From assembly GCA_965238005.1 (NCBI GenBank), contig OZ250165.1, forward strand, positions 2,240,001 through 2,304,000: a stretch of 64,000 nucleotides of DNA, given 5' to 3'. Under the pieces are notes generated by a model. That model worked only from the letters and a program-made list of their open reading frames with translations, had not been told where the DNA came from and searched no databases. Position 1 is the first letter of the stretch. Every line of letters begins with the position of its first letter. This DNA comes from Longimicrobiales bacterium. Lineage in GTDB: Bacteria; Gemmatimonadota; Gemmatimonadetes; Longimicrobiales; Gaopeijiaceae. The position numbers were made by a program, and so were the translations under genes. Of this stretch, positions 21,649-33,984 are shown piece after piece.

Positions 21649-22225
21649 TCTGAGCTCGCCGGCCCTGGGAGCCCGTGGGACGACGACCCACTGCCCGATC
21701 TGGAGGCGCCGGGGCTCGATTCCAGGATTGGCGGCCTGCAGAAGGTCGACCCTCACCCCGTAGCGGAGCGCGATGTGGCTGAATGTCTCGCCGCTCCGCA
21801 CCTGTGCTCCAGGAAGCTGACGCGCTGCTCCGGAGGGATGAGGGCGTAATTTCTCTCGAACACGGAGCCTCGACCCCCCGCCACCCGGATGATCCTCTCC
21901 CAGTCCGGCGGTGTGAATCCGCGCACAAGCTGTGGATTAAGGGCTTCGATGGACTCCTGACGACTGTCGGCCGCCTCGGCGATTACGTCCACCGAGGTGG
22001 CGTCCGGAACGATCACCTCCTCGAAGCGCAGAGGGGTCGTGGAAGGAAGCTCGAATCCGTACCGCTCGGGGGAGCCCGCGAGCGTGGAAGCCGCGAGTAG
22101 CTTCGGGATGAAGTCGCGCGCCTCGGGCGGAAGCAACTCGTACAGGACCAGGAACAGGCGCTGCCCGCCAGCAGCCCCAGATTTCCCGCAGCCAGAGCGA
22201 TCCGGAGCACTCCCTTCCCATTCAT
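21637..22225 (-). pseudogene. MltD-like lytic transglycosylase/LysM pseudogene (internal deletion plus frameshifts)
   Basis: Coupled ATG 22225 gives signal-like [24 protein letters not shown]. Another frame gives LYELLPPEARDFIPKLLA (end of SLT domain)...ALNPQL. A further frameshift near 21802 gives LysM VRSGETFSHIALRYGV...ANPGIEPRRLQIGQWVVVP. Confidence 0.75.
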
Positions 22226-23331
22226 CAGTCGAGCACTTGGTCTACCGCGCCCAATAGTCGATCCACGATCTCGTCGGTGGCCGCCGACCCCATGAGCCCG
22301 ATCCTCCAAAGCTTCCCCTCACCAGGCCCCAGGCCGCCGCCAACCTCGATGCCATGCTCCTCCAACAGCCTGAGACGGAGCGGCCCTTCTTCCCTTCCGT
22401 CGGGGAGCTCCACGGATGTGAGCTGCGGGAGGCGGTGGCCCTCCTCGGCGAAGCAGCGGAATCCCCGCTCCTGCAGCTCTTCCTGAAGCCGCTCGCCGAC
22501 GCGCTTGTGGCGGGCGAAGCGGGCCTCGAGCCCCTCCTCCTCGATGGCCACCAGACCTTCGTGCAGGCTATAGATGAGGTTGATGGGCGCGGTGTGGTGG
22601 TAGCGCCGCGCCGCTCCCAGATATCCGGCGATGAGCGTTACGTCGAGATACCAGCTCTGTGACTCGTACTCGCGGGTGCCCACACGCTCCATGGCCTTCT
22701 CGGAGAAGGTAATGGGAGCGAGCCCGGGCGGAACGCCGATGCACTTCTGTGTTCCCGAGTAGCAGACGTCGATCTTCCGGGCGTCGACCTCCACGGGAAT
22801 ACCGGCCAAAGACGTCACGGCATCCACGACGAAGAGCGTCTCGGTATCCGTGAGGGCCTCTCCGACCTCTTCCAGCGGCTGCCACACACCCGTGGACGTC
22901 TCAGCGTGGACCAGGGCGAGCAAACGAGCACCAGGGTGCTGTGCGTGTGCCTCCAGGAGGGCGTCTGCGGGTATGGTCCGTCCCCATTCCGCCTCCACCG
23001 GGACCACGAGGGCTCCCATACGCCGGGCCATCTCCGCCAGGCGGGTGCCGAAGACGCCATTCACTCCGATGATGGCCGTATCGCCCGGCTCCAGAACGTT
23101 GCACAGGGCGGCCTCCATGCCTGCCGATCCGGTGGCTGAGACGGGGAAGGTCATCTCCCTTCCCGTCCCGAAGACCAGCCGGAGCTTGTCCTTGACCTCA
23201 TCCAACAGTTGAAGGAAGCCGGGATCGAGATGGCCCACGGTGGGATGGGCCATGGCGGCCAGAACCCGCTCCGAGACCGGAGAGGGCCCTGGACCCAGCA
23301 GGAGCCGGGCCGGTATGTCGTGTACTCGCAT
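22225..23331 (-). CDS. Alanine-glyoxylate / serine-pyruvate aminotransferase (class V PLP)
   Basis: [40 protein letters not shown]. Confidence 0.92.
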   Translation of the reverse strand: MRVHDIPARLLLGPGPSPVSERVLAAMAHPTVGHLDPGFLQLLDEVKDKLRLVFGTGREMTFPVSATGSAGMEAALCNVLEPGDTAIIGVNGVFGTRLAEMARRMGALVVPVEAEWGRTIPADALLEAHAQHPGARLLALVHAETSTGVWQPLEEVGEALTDTETLFVVDAVTSLAGIPVEVDARKIDVCYSGTQKCIGVPPGLAPITFSEKAMERVGTREYESQSWYLDVTLIAGYLGAARRYHHTAPINLIYSLHEGLVAIEEEGLEARFARHKRVGERLQEELQERGFRCFAEEGHRLPQLTSVELPDGREEGPLRLRLLEEHGIEVGGGLGPGEGKLWRIGLMGSAATDEIVDRLLGAVDQVLD

Positions 23332-23348
23332 GGTAGGTGCGCTGGCTT

Positions 23349-24884
<1,536 letters not shown>

Positions 24885-24929
24885 TTATTGGTCACCATGG
24901 AAGATCTTACCTGAAGGCGTCTCGGGGTG

Positions 24930-25319
24930 TCAACCCTCCTCTTTCGGAGGGTCGCCGGACTCTCCACCTTCGTCGTTTTTTGCTTCATCGAGGCTCGGGA
25001 CGTCGGGCGGGGAGGACTCTCCGAGGGACGGCGTCAACTCCTCCATGAGCTGCTTGCCGGCCGATGACACGCTGGAGAGGACACGGTCGGCAGCGGAGAT
25101 GAGCTGAAAGGCCTCCCGTAGCGTCGCGGGACTCATGGCCTTCTTCCGGAGCTTGTCCTCCATGGCCTCCGCGAATCTCTGGAGACCAGACGCTTCCTGG
25201 GCGATGTCGGTGGCGTATTTGCTCTCGAGGAACTCGATGTAGTCGAGGACCTGATAGACCTGCTCCTCTGGCAGGCTCTCGATCTTTCGCATGAGGCGCT
25301 GCCGGAGTACGTCGTGCAT
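24930..25319 (-). CDS. Small helical hypothetical protein (DUF2281-like N-terminus)
   Basis: LMRKIESLPEEQVYQVLDYIEFLESKY; good codon style. Confidence 0.7.
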   Translation of the reverse strand: MHDVLRQRLMRKIESLPEEQVYQVLDYIEFLESKYATDIAQEASGLQRFAEAMEDKLRKKAMSPATLREAFQLISAADRVLSSVSSAGKQLMEELTPSLGESSPPDVPSLDEAKNDEGGESGDPPKEEG

Positions 25320-25481
25320 GACCGTTATTCCCGAGTTGGTTGCAGGTCCCGGTGAAAAAGGGTTTCGAGCAAGTTAACACAGGCCCCGGGGAGGAAGCGA
25401 CGGCTTTGCAGGGCCGAGGGAAGCCAATATCGTGCACCTTCGTTCCGGAACTCCCTCATCCCTACGGGGCTAGAGGCCGGC

Positions 25482-26306
25482 ATGGTTTTTCTCCCCAACC
25501 GCAAAGTCGATATCGATGCCCACGCGAGTCGTCTCTACGACGCCTGGCTCGGATCCATCGAGGAGCGCCTAGAAGACCCCTCCTGCGATCGCTACGAGCT
25601 GTGCCGGACGGTCCTGACGGAGATCCATTATCCGGATCTGGCCGGGGTCGATCCCGAGACCCTTCCCCCTTCGACTCTAGTCCTTCTGGCGCAGATGGAC
25701 GCCCGGAGCGTCACCCTGGAGCCCGAGTACTACGCCGAGACCGACCTGGAGCGCTACGCTCGGGTGAAGCCCCTCATCTGGCTCTGGGAGGGGTTCGACA
25801 GGAGCGCCCTGGGCGAGAACGTCTACCTGGGGGTCAAGTTCCGGAGGATCCTCGCGCAGCGCATCTTCCGGAGCTGCGGGAGGAACTTCAAGGCCTTTCA
25901 CCACGTGAAGCTCTCCTTCGGTTACAACCTCGAAGTGGGAGACGGCGTCGTGGTACACCGCCACGTGCTCCTGGACGACCGGGGCGGAATCCGGCTCGGG
26001 AATGGCGCCTCCGTCTCGGACTTCGCCAACATCTACAGCCACTCCCACGACGTGGTGGAGGGCAGGGACATCACCACTCCCGTCACCGTCATCGGGGATG
26101 GCGTCCGGATCACCTACCACGCCACCGTGATGTCGGGCGTCCATCTCGCCGACGGCACCATGCTCGGGTCGTTCGGGATGGCCACCCGGGACACGGACCC
26201 CCACACCATCTACGCGGGGATCCCGGCGAAGAAGATCAAGGACAAGCCGGTTCGCGAGCGGCCGCCACCCACGCCCGATCCCCTTGCCGACGATCCGGAC
26301 GAGTAG
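25482..26306 (+). CDS. Hexapeptide-repeat (left-handed beta-helix) acyltransferase
   Basis: NLEVGDGVVVH, IRLGNGASV, VIGDGVRI, YAGIPAKKIK. Confidence 0.85.
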   Translation: MVFLPNRKVDIDAHASRLYDAWLGSIEERLEDPSCDRYELCRTVLTEIHYPDLAGVDPETLPPSTLVLLAQMDARSVTLEPEYYAETDLERYARVKPLIWLWEGFDRSALGENVYLGVKFRRILAQRIFRSCGRNFKAFHHVKLSFGYNLEVGDGVVVHRHVLLDDRGGIRLGNGASVSDFANIYSHSHDVVEGRDITTPVTVIGDGVRITYHATVMSGVHLADGTMLGSFGMATRDTDPHTIYAGIPAKKIKDKPVRERPPPTPDPLADDPDE

Positions 26307-26395
26307 GCAATCCCCCGCGGAGGTCGCGAGGCCAGCCGGGGATGACCTCGGAACGGGTACCGGCGACTCCGGATTCTGACGAGTCCCCTGAAGGC

Positions 26396-28354
26396 TTACC
26401 CCTCTTCGGCCTCGTACTGCTTCTGCAGCCGCTCCACAACCGCGGGATCGGCCAACGTCGTGGTGTCGCCCAGAGCATGGCCTTCTGCCACGTCCTTCAG
26501 CAGACGTCGCATGATCTTGCCCGATCTGGTCTTGGGCAGGTCCGCGGTGAAGACGATGATCTCGGGACGGGCGATGGCGCCGATCTTCTCGACTACGTGG
26601 CCCTTCAGCTCGCCTTCGAGCTCGTCGCTGCCGTTGAGGCCCTGCCTGAGCGTCACGAAGGCGGCGATGGCCTGACCCTTCACGTCGTGCGACTTGCCGA
26701 CGACAGCCGCTTCGACCACAGCCTCGTGGTCGACGAGCGCGCTCTCCACCTCCATCGTCCCGATTCGATGGCCGGCCACGTTGAGCACGTCGTCCACGCG
26801 GCCCAGAATCCAGAGGTACCCGTCGTCGTCGAGCTTGGCGCCGTCGCCGGGGAAGTAGATCCCGTCCCACTTGGACCAGTACGTCGCGCGGTACCGCTCC
26901 TCGTCACCGTAGATGGTGCGCAGCATGGCTGGCCATGGCTCCGTGATGGCGAGGAAGCCGGCCTTCACCTCGTTGCCGTCATCGTCGAGAAGGGTGACCG
27001 AGATGCCGGGGAAGGGCTCGGTGGCGCTGCCCGGGCGGGTCTCGGTCACAGCGGGGAGGGGTGTAATCATGATGGCCCCCGTCTCGGTCTGCCACCACGT
27101 GTCGACGATGGGGCACCGCTCGCCTCCGATCACCTCGCGATACCACATCCAGGCTTCGGGGTTGATGGGCTCCCCCACAGTCCCCAGGAGCCTAAGCTTG
27201 GACAGGTCGTGCTTTGCCGGCCACTCGTCACCCCACTTCATGAAGGCGCGGATCGCCGTGGGTGCCGTGTAGAAGACCGTGACTCCGTACTTGGCACACA
27301 GCTCCCAGAATCGGTCGTTCTCCGGCCAGTTGGGGGCCCCTTCGTACATGAGGGCCGTAGCGCCGTTCGCCAGCGGCCCGTACACGATGTAGCTGTGCCC
27401 CGTGACCCAGCCCACGTCGGCCGTGCACCAGTAGACGTCGTCCTCCCTGAGATCGAAGACGCACTTGGTCGTGGCGTACACCTGCGTGAGGTAGCCACCC
27501 GTGGTGTGGACCACACCCTTCGGCTTGCCGGTGGTCCCCGAGGTATACAGGATGTAGAGCAGGTCCTCCGCATCCATGACCTCGGGCGGACAGTTGGCGC
27601 CGGCATCGGCGACCAGCTCGTGATACCAGTGGTCCCGGCCCTCTTCCATATGCGCGTCGACCTCGGCGGTGAGTTCTGCGCCACGGGCCACGACCACCAC
27701 GCTCTCAATGGTCGGGCACGACTCGACGGCCTTGTCGGAGTTGACCTTGAGGGGCACGATGCCACCTCGTCGGTAGCCTCCGTCGGCGGTGATGAGCACC
27801 TTCGCCTCGGCGTCGTTGATCCGGTCTGCCAGGGACTCCGGGCTGAAGCCGCCGAAGACCACCGAATGGGGGGCTCCGATCCGCGAGCACGCCAGCATGG
27901 CGATGGCCGCCTCCGGGATCATGGGCAGGTAGATGGCCACCCGATCGCCCTTCCCAACCCCCAGGCCCTTCAGAGCGTTGGCGAACTGGCACACCTCCCT
28001 GTGCAGGCTCCAGTAGGTGTAGACCCGGGTGTCGCCGGGCTCTCCCTCCCAGATCAGGGCCGCCTTGTTACGACGGGGGCCGTCCAGGTGGCGGTCCAGA
28101 CAGTTATGGGAGACGTTGAGCTTTCCGCCCACGAACCACTTCGCGTGGGGCGGATCCCATTCGAGAACCGTGTGCCACTTCTCGAACCAATCCAGCTCCT
28201 CCGCCCAAGACTCCCAGAACGCCAGACGATCGTCGGCGGCCTGATCGTAGGGCCGTCGATGCTCCACGACCGCCCCTTCCTTGAAGTGCTCGGGTGGGGG
28301 AAAGCGACGTTCTTCCGTCAGGAGTACATCGAGAATTCCGCCTTCGGCACTCAT
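26396..28354 (-). CDS. acs: Acetyl-CoA synthetase
   Basis: [33 protein letters not shown]. Confidence 0.97.
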   Translation of the reverse strand: MSAEGGILDVLLTEERRFPPPEHFKEGAVVEHRRPYDQAADDRLAFWESWAEELDWFEKWHTVLEWDPPHAKWFVGGKLNVSHNCLDRHLDGPRRNKAALIWEGEPGDTRVYTYWSLHREVCQFANALKGLGVGKGDRVAIYLPMIPEAAIAMLACSRIGAPHSVVFGGFSPESLADRINDAEAKVLITADGGYRRGGIVPLKVNSDKAVESCPTIESVVVVARGAELTAEVDAHMEEGRDHWYHELVADAGANCPPEVMDAEDLLYILYTSGTTGKPKGVVHTTGGYLTQVYATTKCVFDLREDDVYWCTADVGWVTGHSYIVYGPLANGATALMYEGAPNWPENDRFWELCAKYGVTVFYTAPTAIRAFMKWGDEWPAKHDLSKLRLLGTVGEPINPEAWMWYREVIGGERCPIVDTWWQTETGAIMITPLPAVTETRPGSATEPFPGISVTLLDDDGNEVKAGFLAITEPWPAMLRTIYGDEERYRATYWSKWDGIYFPGDGAKLDDDGYLWILGRVDDVLNVAGHRIGTMEVESALVDHEAVVEAAVVGKSHDVKGQAIAAFVTLRQGLNGSDELEGELKGHVVEKIGAIARPEIIVFTADLPKTRSGKIMRRLLKDVAEGHALGDTTTLADPAVVERLQKQYEAEEG

Positions 28355-28490
28355 TCAGCTACCTCCAAGCGCAGGGACGATTCGATCGCGTGTTGGATCC
28401 GGGGCGTCGGGGAAAAGGTCCGACCGGCGTCGGAGCGTGAGATTAGGGGCGTGTTGTAGAGTCGGGCAAGCGTTCCGCGGACGTCTTCGG

Positions 28491-29051
28491 CTAACCACCG
28501 CCGTCGTGAAGCAACCTGAATTCCTCCTGAGCCATGGCCCGCTCGAACGCCGCCACGGCGGCGGACGCCAGAGCCGAGACGGCATTCGCCCCGGCCCTCA
28601 TCGCCTTGGCGGGAATTCGGAGCTTGAGGCGAACCTCACTCTCTGCCTCGTCGGGATCCTGGTCCGGTCCGTTCAGGCGCAGGCGAACGGTGAGGGGGGT
28701 CCGATACCCTTCGGGCATGCACTCCTCGGTCATGCGAGCGAGAGAGGTCAGGAGTTCCTTCATGGGCCCGAGGCTGGCCAGCTCCGGGCCTTCCACGACC
28801 AGCGCCAGATTGCCCTTCAGACCCTTCGATGTCTCGTCCAGGAACACATCGATGCTCACGAAATCGGGGGCTCGCTCGTTGTGGAAGAAGAGGTAGGCGC
28901 TTCTTGAGGTCTCCCCTTCCCACCGTCCCTCGAACTGGTGACTCGTCGTCTTCTGTAGACCCGACAGTTCCCAGCCTGCCCCCGATACCCCGTCCTGAAC
29001 GGCTTCGATGAGCGGCTCCAGGGTCAGAAGTGGCTCACTCGTCGTCGTCAT
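28491..29051 (-). CDS. Hypothetical protein
   Basis: 186-aa globular-looking ORF in the only plausible coding frame; no family recognised. Confidence 0.65.
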   Translation of the reverse strand: MTTTSEPLLTLEPLIEAVQDGVSGAGWELSGLQKTTSHQFEGRWEGETSRSAYLFFHNERAPDFVSIDVFLDETSKGLKGNLALVVEGPELASLGPMKELLTSLARMTEECMPEGYRTPLTVRLRLNGPDQDPDEAESEVRLKLRIPAKAMRAGANAVSALASAAVAAFERAMAQEEFRLLHDGGG

Positions 29052-29086
29052 GGATCAACACCGAGGCTCAAGGGTATGGCGGCAAC

Positions 29087-29557
29087 ATGTCCAGAGCATC
29101 CAAGTCCAGCGACCAGATCCTCCGTGAGGCACTCGAGGCGCGGGGGCATCGCTTCACCGATCAGCGCGCGGCGGTCTATCGGCTTCTCGCTCATACCACC
29201 GTTCACCCCACGGCGGACGAAGTGTTTCTCGGCGTGAGGGACGAGGTGCCCGGAATCTCGCTGGCCACCGTGTACAAGAGCCTCGAGACTCTCGTGTCGT
29301 GCGGTCTCGCCAGCAAGCTCAGTCACGCCGACGGGTCGGCTCGCTACGACGGGAGGACCGATCCTCACCACCATGCCAGGTGTCTCGCCTGTGGATCCGT
29401 GTCCGACGTCCCGGGCCAGCTCCGTGACTCCGAGCTCTCCCACGTCCGGTCGGAGGCCAATGGCTTCCAAGTCACCGGATATCAGCTGGAGCTCACGGGA
29501 TACTGCCCGGAGTGCGCTGGGAAGATAGATGGCGAGGCGGCCGCCGCCGTCGGTTGA
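29087..29557 (+). CDS. Fur/PerR family transcriptional regulator
   Basis: HPTADEV, SLATVYKSL, HHHARCLACG, GYCPEC. Confidence 0.92.
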   Translation: MSRASKSSDQILREALEARGHRFTDQRAAVYRLLAHTTVHPTADEVFLGVRDEVPGISLATVYKSLETLVSCGLASKLSHADGSARYDGRTDPHHHARCLACGSVSDVPGQLRDSELSHVRSEANGFQVTGYQLELTGYCPECAGKIDGEAAAAVG

Positions 29558-31103
29558 AGACACTACCCTGGGCGCGCTCGCTCGGCTTCCAGCCCTCAGG
29601 GGTGAGATTCTCCTGGACGATCTTTCCCTCGCCCCCTACGGCACCGCATCCGGACCCGTAAGCATCTCGCCGATCGCTTGCGCTCGACCGCTGGACGAAG
29701 ACGACCTCTCCAATCTCCTGTCCTGGGCGCTCCACGAAGGGGAGTCGCTGATCCCCCGGGGGGCGGGCACCGGAATGCCCGGTGGCAACGTGGGCTCGGG
29801 TATCGCGCTGGACCTCAGCGCACATTTCACTGGCATGGGTCCCCCTCAGACCGAGGACCTGAGCATCAAGGTCGGCGCGGGCGTCGTGGCTGCCGACGTC
29901 GAGGAAGCTGCCCGGGCCGTCGGTCTCTTCTTGCCGCCTCTCCCGTCGAGCGCACCGCGATGCACCGTCGGCGGAATGGTGGCGAACAACGCCGCAGGAG
30001 CACGAACCTACAAGTATGGAGCGATCCGCGACTGGGTTCGCGAGCTCGACGTGGTGATGGGCGATGGATCGCAGCATCGGCTCACCCGGGGACGTCCCGG
30101 GCCGGACGTGTTCGAGACCGTACACCGATCCCTTCGCGAGGAGTTGGGACCCGTGACGGACCTCTGGCCGTGCGTGCGCAAGAACTCCAGCGGATATGCC
30201 CTGGATCGCTTCCTGCCCGATGGAGATCCCGTCGAGCTTGTCGTGGGAAGCGAGGGGACGCTGGCTGTGGTCACCTCCATTACTCTCGACCTGGCCCCCG
30301 TCCCGGAGGCCACGGCGCTGGTCCTGGTATCGGTCCGGAGCGTCGACGACATCCCCTTCGTGCTCGACACGGTCGCGGGCATCGACGCGTCCGTCTGCGA
30401 GTTCTTCGGTCGTCGCTTTCTGGAGATCACGTCCATGTCCGCCCATCCATTGGTCGGACCGTCGGTGGAGGGCGCCGGAGCGGCTTTTCTCATTGAGCTC
30501 GACGGAACCGCCGCCGAAATAACCGGGGGCGTGGAGGCGTTGCGACGACTCGGACGCGAGCTAGGTTCTCGTTCCATCACCGCCGTGGAAGCAGCCGATA
30601 GGGAGGCCCTGTGGGACATACGATATGCCGCCAGTCCCTTGACCGCCGCCTGCGCCGATCGAGGACTCGTGTCGACGCAGATCATCGAGGACTCGGTCGT
30701 TCCGATTGGAAGCCTCGGCCGATACCTCACGGGGCTCGATGGTATTCTCGAAAGGTGGGAGACGGATGCCGTGGTCTTCGGTCATGCAGGTGACGCCAAC
30801 GTCCACGTGAACCCCCTCTTGGACGTCACCCACTCGGCCTGGGGTGAGCGAGCGCGAGGGATTCTGGAGGATACCGCCGACCTCGTGGCCGACCTCGGCG
30901 GGACGCTGGCCGGTGAACACGGAGACGGGCGCATTCGGGCACCGCTTCTCGAGCGGATCTGGGGGCCCTCCCTGACTCGAGCCTTTCGTGGGATCAAGGA
31001 CTCTCTCGATCCTACAGGCATTCTCAATCCCGGTGTGATCCTGCCCCTTCCCGGCCAGGACCCACTGGAGGGGTTGTGGCCCCGGTACGGCGGGGCGTCG
31101 TGA
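29529..31103 (+). CDS. FAD-linked oxidase (GlcD / D-lactate dehydrogenase family)
   Basis: RGAGTG, TVGGMVANNAAG, GSEGTL, FGHAGDANVH, GEHGDG, ILNPG. Confidence 0.9.
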   Translation: MARRPPPSVEDTTLGALARLPALRGEILLDDLSLAPYGTASGPVSISPIACARPLDEDDLSNLLSWALHEGESLIPRGAGTGMPGGNVGSGIALDLSAHFTGMGPPQTEDLSIKVGAGVVAADVEEAARAVGLFLPPLPSSAPRCTVGGMVANNAAGARTYKYGAIRDWVRELDVVMGDGSQHRLTRGRPGPDVFETVHRSLREELGPVTDLWPCVRKNSSGYALDRFLPDGDPVELVVGSEGTLAVVTSITLDLAPVPEATALVLVSVRSVDDIPFVLDTVAGIDASVCEFFGRRFLEITSMSAHPLVGPSVEGAGAAFLIELDGTAAEITGGVEALRRLGRELGSRSITAVEAADREALWDIRYAASPLTAACADRGLVSTQIIEDSVVPIGSLGRYLTGLDGILERWETDAVVFGHAGDANVHVNPLLDVTHSAWGERARGILEDTADLVADLGGTLAGEHGDGRIRAPLLERIWGPSLTRAFRGIKDSLDPTGILNPGVILPLPGQDPLEGLWPRYGGAS

Positions 31104-32704
31104 CGAGCCCTCGTGCCTTGCTGCTGGGCCTCGGCGCCCTGCTGATCGCGTCCGCGCTCTGGAGGCCTGGCGCATCGGTGGGCGCCGACTCCATGACGTC
31201 GTCAGACCAACAGAGCACCCCGGAGGAGAGCACTCCACCCCCACGGCCGCTCGGCCCCGAGGTCGAGGCGCTCCGCCGCGACCTGTCCGGATTCCTGGAC
31301 GGCACGCGGCTACGATCAGCGGAGTGGAGCGTTCTCGTCGTCTCGCTCGATCGGGGCGATACGCTCTTTGCCCGGAACGAGAGCCTCCTCGTCACCCCGG
31401 CTTCCAACATAAAGGTGGTGACGACGGCCGCCGCGCTCCACTTCCTGGGCCCCTCCTTCACGTACCAGACCTTCCTCCTCGGCGACGGCCCCGTGGAAGA
31501 AGGGCACCTCCGGGGTGATCTGATCCTGTATGGAACCGGAGACCCGGGGATCTCGGATCGGTTCTTCCGTACACGCACTCGTGTGTTCGAGAACCTGGCG
31601 GAGCAGCTGGCCGCCGAGGGCATCACCCACATCGACGGAGCCATCGTGGGTGACGCAACATATTTTTCGGGGCCAGACCTTGCGCCCGAGTGGGATCCGA
31701 GGGATCTCAACGAGAGGTTCGCGGCGCCGGCCTCCGCTCTCTCGTTCAACGAGAATATCGTCACGCTGCGGATCACTCCCGCAACCCGCCTGGGAGGCGT
31801 GCCCACAATCGAGACAATCCCGCCCGGATTCCCCCTGGAAATGAACAACACCGCTGAGACGGTCGCGGGGCGACCGCGGCCGAGACTGTGGCTCGATCGG
31901 CCGACGCCGACGTCCCTTATTCGGGTCGACGGCGAGATCACCCAGGGCGGCCCGGACATCTGGCGGCGTCTCACCGTTCCGGATCCCGCCCTGTTCGCTG
32001 CCCGAGCGCTGCGCGAGGTGTTGGAATCCCGGGGCTTCATCGTGGGCGACGGTTCCACAGCCGTTCACCGAGCCGCCCGATCCCGGATCACCGGCCGGGA
32101 GGCTTGGGCCCCGAGGCTCATGGGAGACGCAGAGCCGCGCATTCTGGCCCGCCATTCCTCACCGGAGATGATCGAGTATCTGAACGTGGTCAACCACGAC
32201 AGCCACAACCTCTTCGCCGAGACCATCTTCAAGACCATGGGCAAGGTCGTGATGGGTCAGGGATCCTTCGAGGGAGGCGCACGAGCGGTCCGGGCCTTCA
32301 CGGCTGGTGAAGTCGGGCTGGACGATCGCGACATCGTCGCGGTGGACGGCTCGGGGCTCTCGGACAGCAACCGGGCGACGGCAGGCGGATTGGTAGGGGT
32401 CCTGCGGTACGTAGCCGCGACGCCTCACTGGGATGCGTTCGTTTCCACGCTTCCCGAAGCGGGCCGTTCGCTGCGCCGGATGTACCGGACCCGGGCGGCC
32501 CGAAATCTCCGGGCCAAGACGGGGACGATTGACGGAGTCTCGGCCCTTACGGGAGTAGTCTCGGCACGGAACGGTGAAAGGCTGCTCTTCAGCATCCTCT
32601 CCAACGACGTCCCATCGACGAGCGCCGCCAAACGGGTGGAGGATCGGATCGGGGCCAGGCTCGCCGACTTTCGGAGAGCCGCACCCGACCTGCCAGGCTC
32701 CTAG
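31100..32704 (+). CDS. dacB: D-Ala-D-Ala carboxypeptidase/endopeptidase (PBP4, S13)
   Basis: PASNIK (SxxK), SHN, DGSGLS, AKTGT. Confidence 0.93.
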   Translation: MTSPRALLLGLGALLIASALWRPGASVGADSMTSSDQQSTPEESTPPPRPLGPEVEALRRDLSGFLDGTRLRSAEWSVLVVSLDRGDTLFARNESLLVTPASNIKVVTTAAALHFLGPSFTYQTFLLGDGPVEEGHLRGDLILYGTGDPGISDRFFRTRTRVFENLAEQLAAEGITHIDGAIVGDATYFSGPDLAPEWDPRDLNERFAAPASALSFNENIVTLRITPATRLGGVPTIETIPPGFPLEMNNTAETVAGRPRPRLWLDRPTPTSLIRVDGEITQGGPDIWRRLTVPDPALFAARALREVLESRGFIVGDGSTAVHRAARSRITGREAWAPRLMGDAEPRILARHSSPEMIEYLNVVNHDSHNLFAETIFKTMGKVVMGQGSFEGGARAVRAFTAGEVGLDDRDIVAVDGSGLSDSNRATAGGLVGVLRYVAATPHWDAFVSTLPEAGRSLRRMYRTRAARNLRAKTGTIDGVSALTGVVSARNGERLLFSILSNDVPSTSAAKRVEDRIGARLADFRRAAPDLPGS

Positions 32705-32718
32705 AAGCCTAGCCTAGT

Positions 32719-33003
32719 CTAGGAGCCTGCCCGAGTAATGGGGCGAGCCGCGAGAGGAGGACTGGAGGCGCGTCCCATCGCCGAGCGCAGTCGCCTGCGC
32801 AGCTCGACCTCCGATATGGTGGCCAGCGCTCGTTCAGCCGTGCCGAGGCTGTTCCAGCGCACGTCCAGGAGGTTCACGCCTTCATCGTCAGTCCCACCCC
32901 TGGGGTGGAGGTGGAGGTAGTAGCGACCCTTGTAGTCCGTACCCGACTCCGATCGTACGGTGGCCACCCAGGTGCGTCGGTCTTCGTCCAGGAAATCCGT
33001 CAT
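32719..33003 (-). CDS. Small hypothetical protein
   Basis: MTDFLDEDRRTWVA...VRWNS...ELRRRLRSA; lies about 50 nt downstream of the AraC gene on the same strand. Confidence 0.65.
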   Translation of the reverse strand: MTDFLDEDRRTWVATVRSESGTDYKGRYYLHLHPRGGTDDEGVNLLDVRWNSLGTAERALATISEVELRRRLRSAMGRASSPPLAARPITRAGS

Positions 33004-33053
33004 GAGATTCGCTTGGCGTTGATCATTTGGGCACCCACAAGCGCCGGCCGAAA

Positions 33054-33857
33054 TCAGGCCACTGATGCTCGCGACGCAGCCGAGATCTCAAACCCGCAAT
33101 CGCGGAAAAAGTGCCTGAGCACGAATGACAACCCCCCCCTCGCGGCCACCATCGTGGGCGTGGCGCCGGTATAGCTCTTCAGGGCCCTGCGGAACGCCGC
33201 CCCGGATGAATACTCCAGCTGCCGGCTGACGCTCTGCCCCGTCCGCCCGGGATCCCCCAGCCAGTGACCCGCATGGAGGAGCCGCGACCACACCAGGAGG
33301 CGTCCGATGGCCGGCAAACCGGCCCTCTTCAGGCCTACGCTCAAGAAGGGTCGAGAGAGACCCATGAGGTCGGAGAACTCCTCGGCCGACCAGCACTTGT
33401 GGACTTGGTCCAGTACGAGCCTCAGAGCCTTCGTTTCACGCGGTGGAAGCTCGGGGCTCACCTCACGAAGCACCCGAGACGTCACGCCTCTCTCTCGCGC
33501 CTTGTCGACGCTTCGCAACAATCGCCAGGCCTGATCTTCACTGCCCAGCAGAACCAGGCTCCGGAAACCGAGGCGTCCCACCTCGAAGAGAGTTCGCGGA
33601 TCCTCCTTGGCAGTGGCCAGAAGAACGAATCCCACGCTCGGAAAGTCCCGCCGCAACCTCAAAAGCCGCTCCAGCCCGCCCGGACCCCATCCCATGGACG
33701 TCAGATCGACCAGGCATACGCTCACCGGCCGCTCCCGAAGGGACAGCGCAAGCCAGCCGAGCGTCCTGGACTCAGCGACGTCGTGTACGGCCGAGAGAGC
33801 ATCTCGGAGGCTGGACTGGACCCGTGGATCCCTGGTGAACGTACTTGCGAGCGCCAT
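33054..33857 (-). CDS. AraC-family regulator with receiver-like N-terminal domain
   Basis: N-terminal VCLVDL...LRRDFPSVGFVLL (REC-like); C-terminal double HTH ...VSRQLEYSSGAAFRRALKSYTGATP; start could be 33902. Confidence 0.8.
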   Translation of the reverse strand: MALASTFTRDPRVQSSLRDALSAVHDVAESRTLGWLALSLRERPVSVCLVDLTSMGWGPGGLERLLRLRRDFPSVGFVLLATAKEDPRTLFEVGRLGFRSLVLLGSEDQAWRLLRSVDKARERGVTSRVLREVSPELPPRETKALRLVLDQVHKCWSAEEFSDLMGLSRPFLSVGLKRAGLPAIGRLLVWSRLLHAGHWLGDPGRTGQSVSRQLEYSSGAAFRRALKSYTGATPTMVAARGGLSFVLRHFFRDCGFEISAASRASVA

Positions 33858-33894
33858 GACCTTCGGAAAAGATATACCCGTGGCCGGAAATGAT

Positions 33895-33919
33895 TGCGGC
33901 ATCTAAGGATGCCGCATCC
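33895..33919. promoter_or_regulatory. Inverted repeat in divergent promoter (candidate operator)
   Basis: TGCGGCATC-TAAG-GATGCCGCA, overlapping GGATGC-C-GCATCC, next to an AT-rich stretch. Confidence 0.45.
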
Positions 33920-33984
33920 ACCTTTATCAAGTTATATGGTGCAGTCGCGCCTCACCAGCCCCACTTTCGGAGGACATCGGTCTC

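Noticed and set aside
25340..28459. 1039-aa plus-strand ORF
   Set aside because: Antisense shadow of acs joined to an off-frame overlap of the acyltransferase; typical of high-GC DNA and without recognisable motifs.
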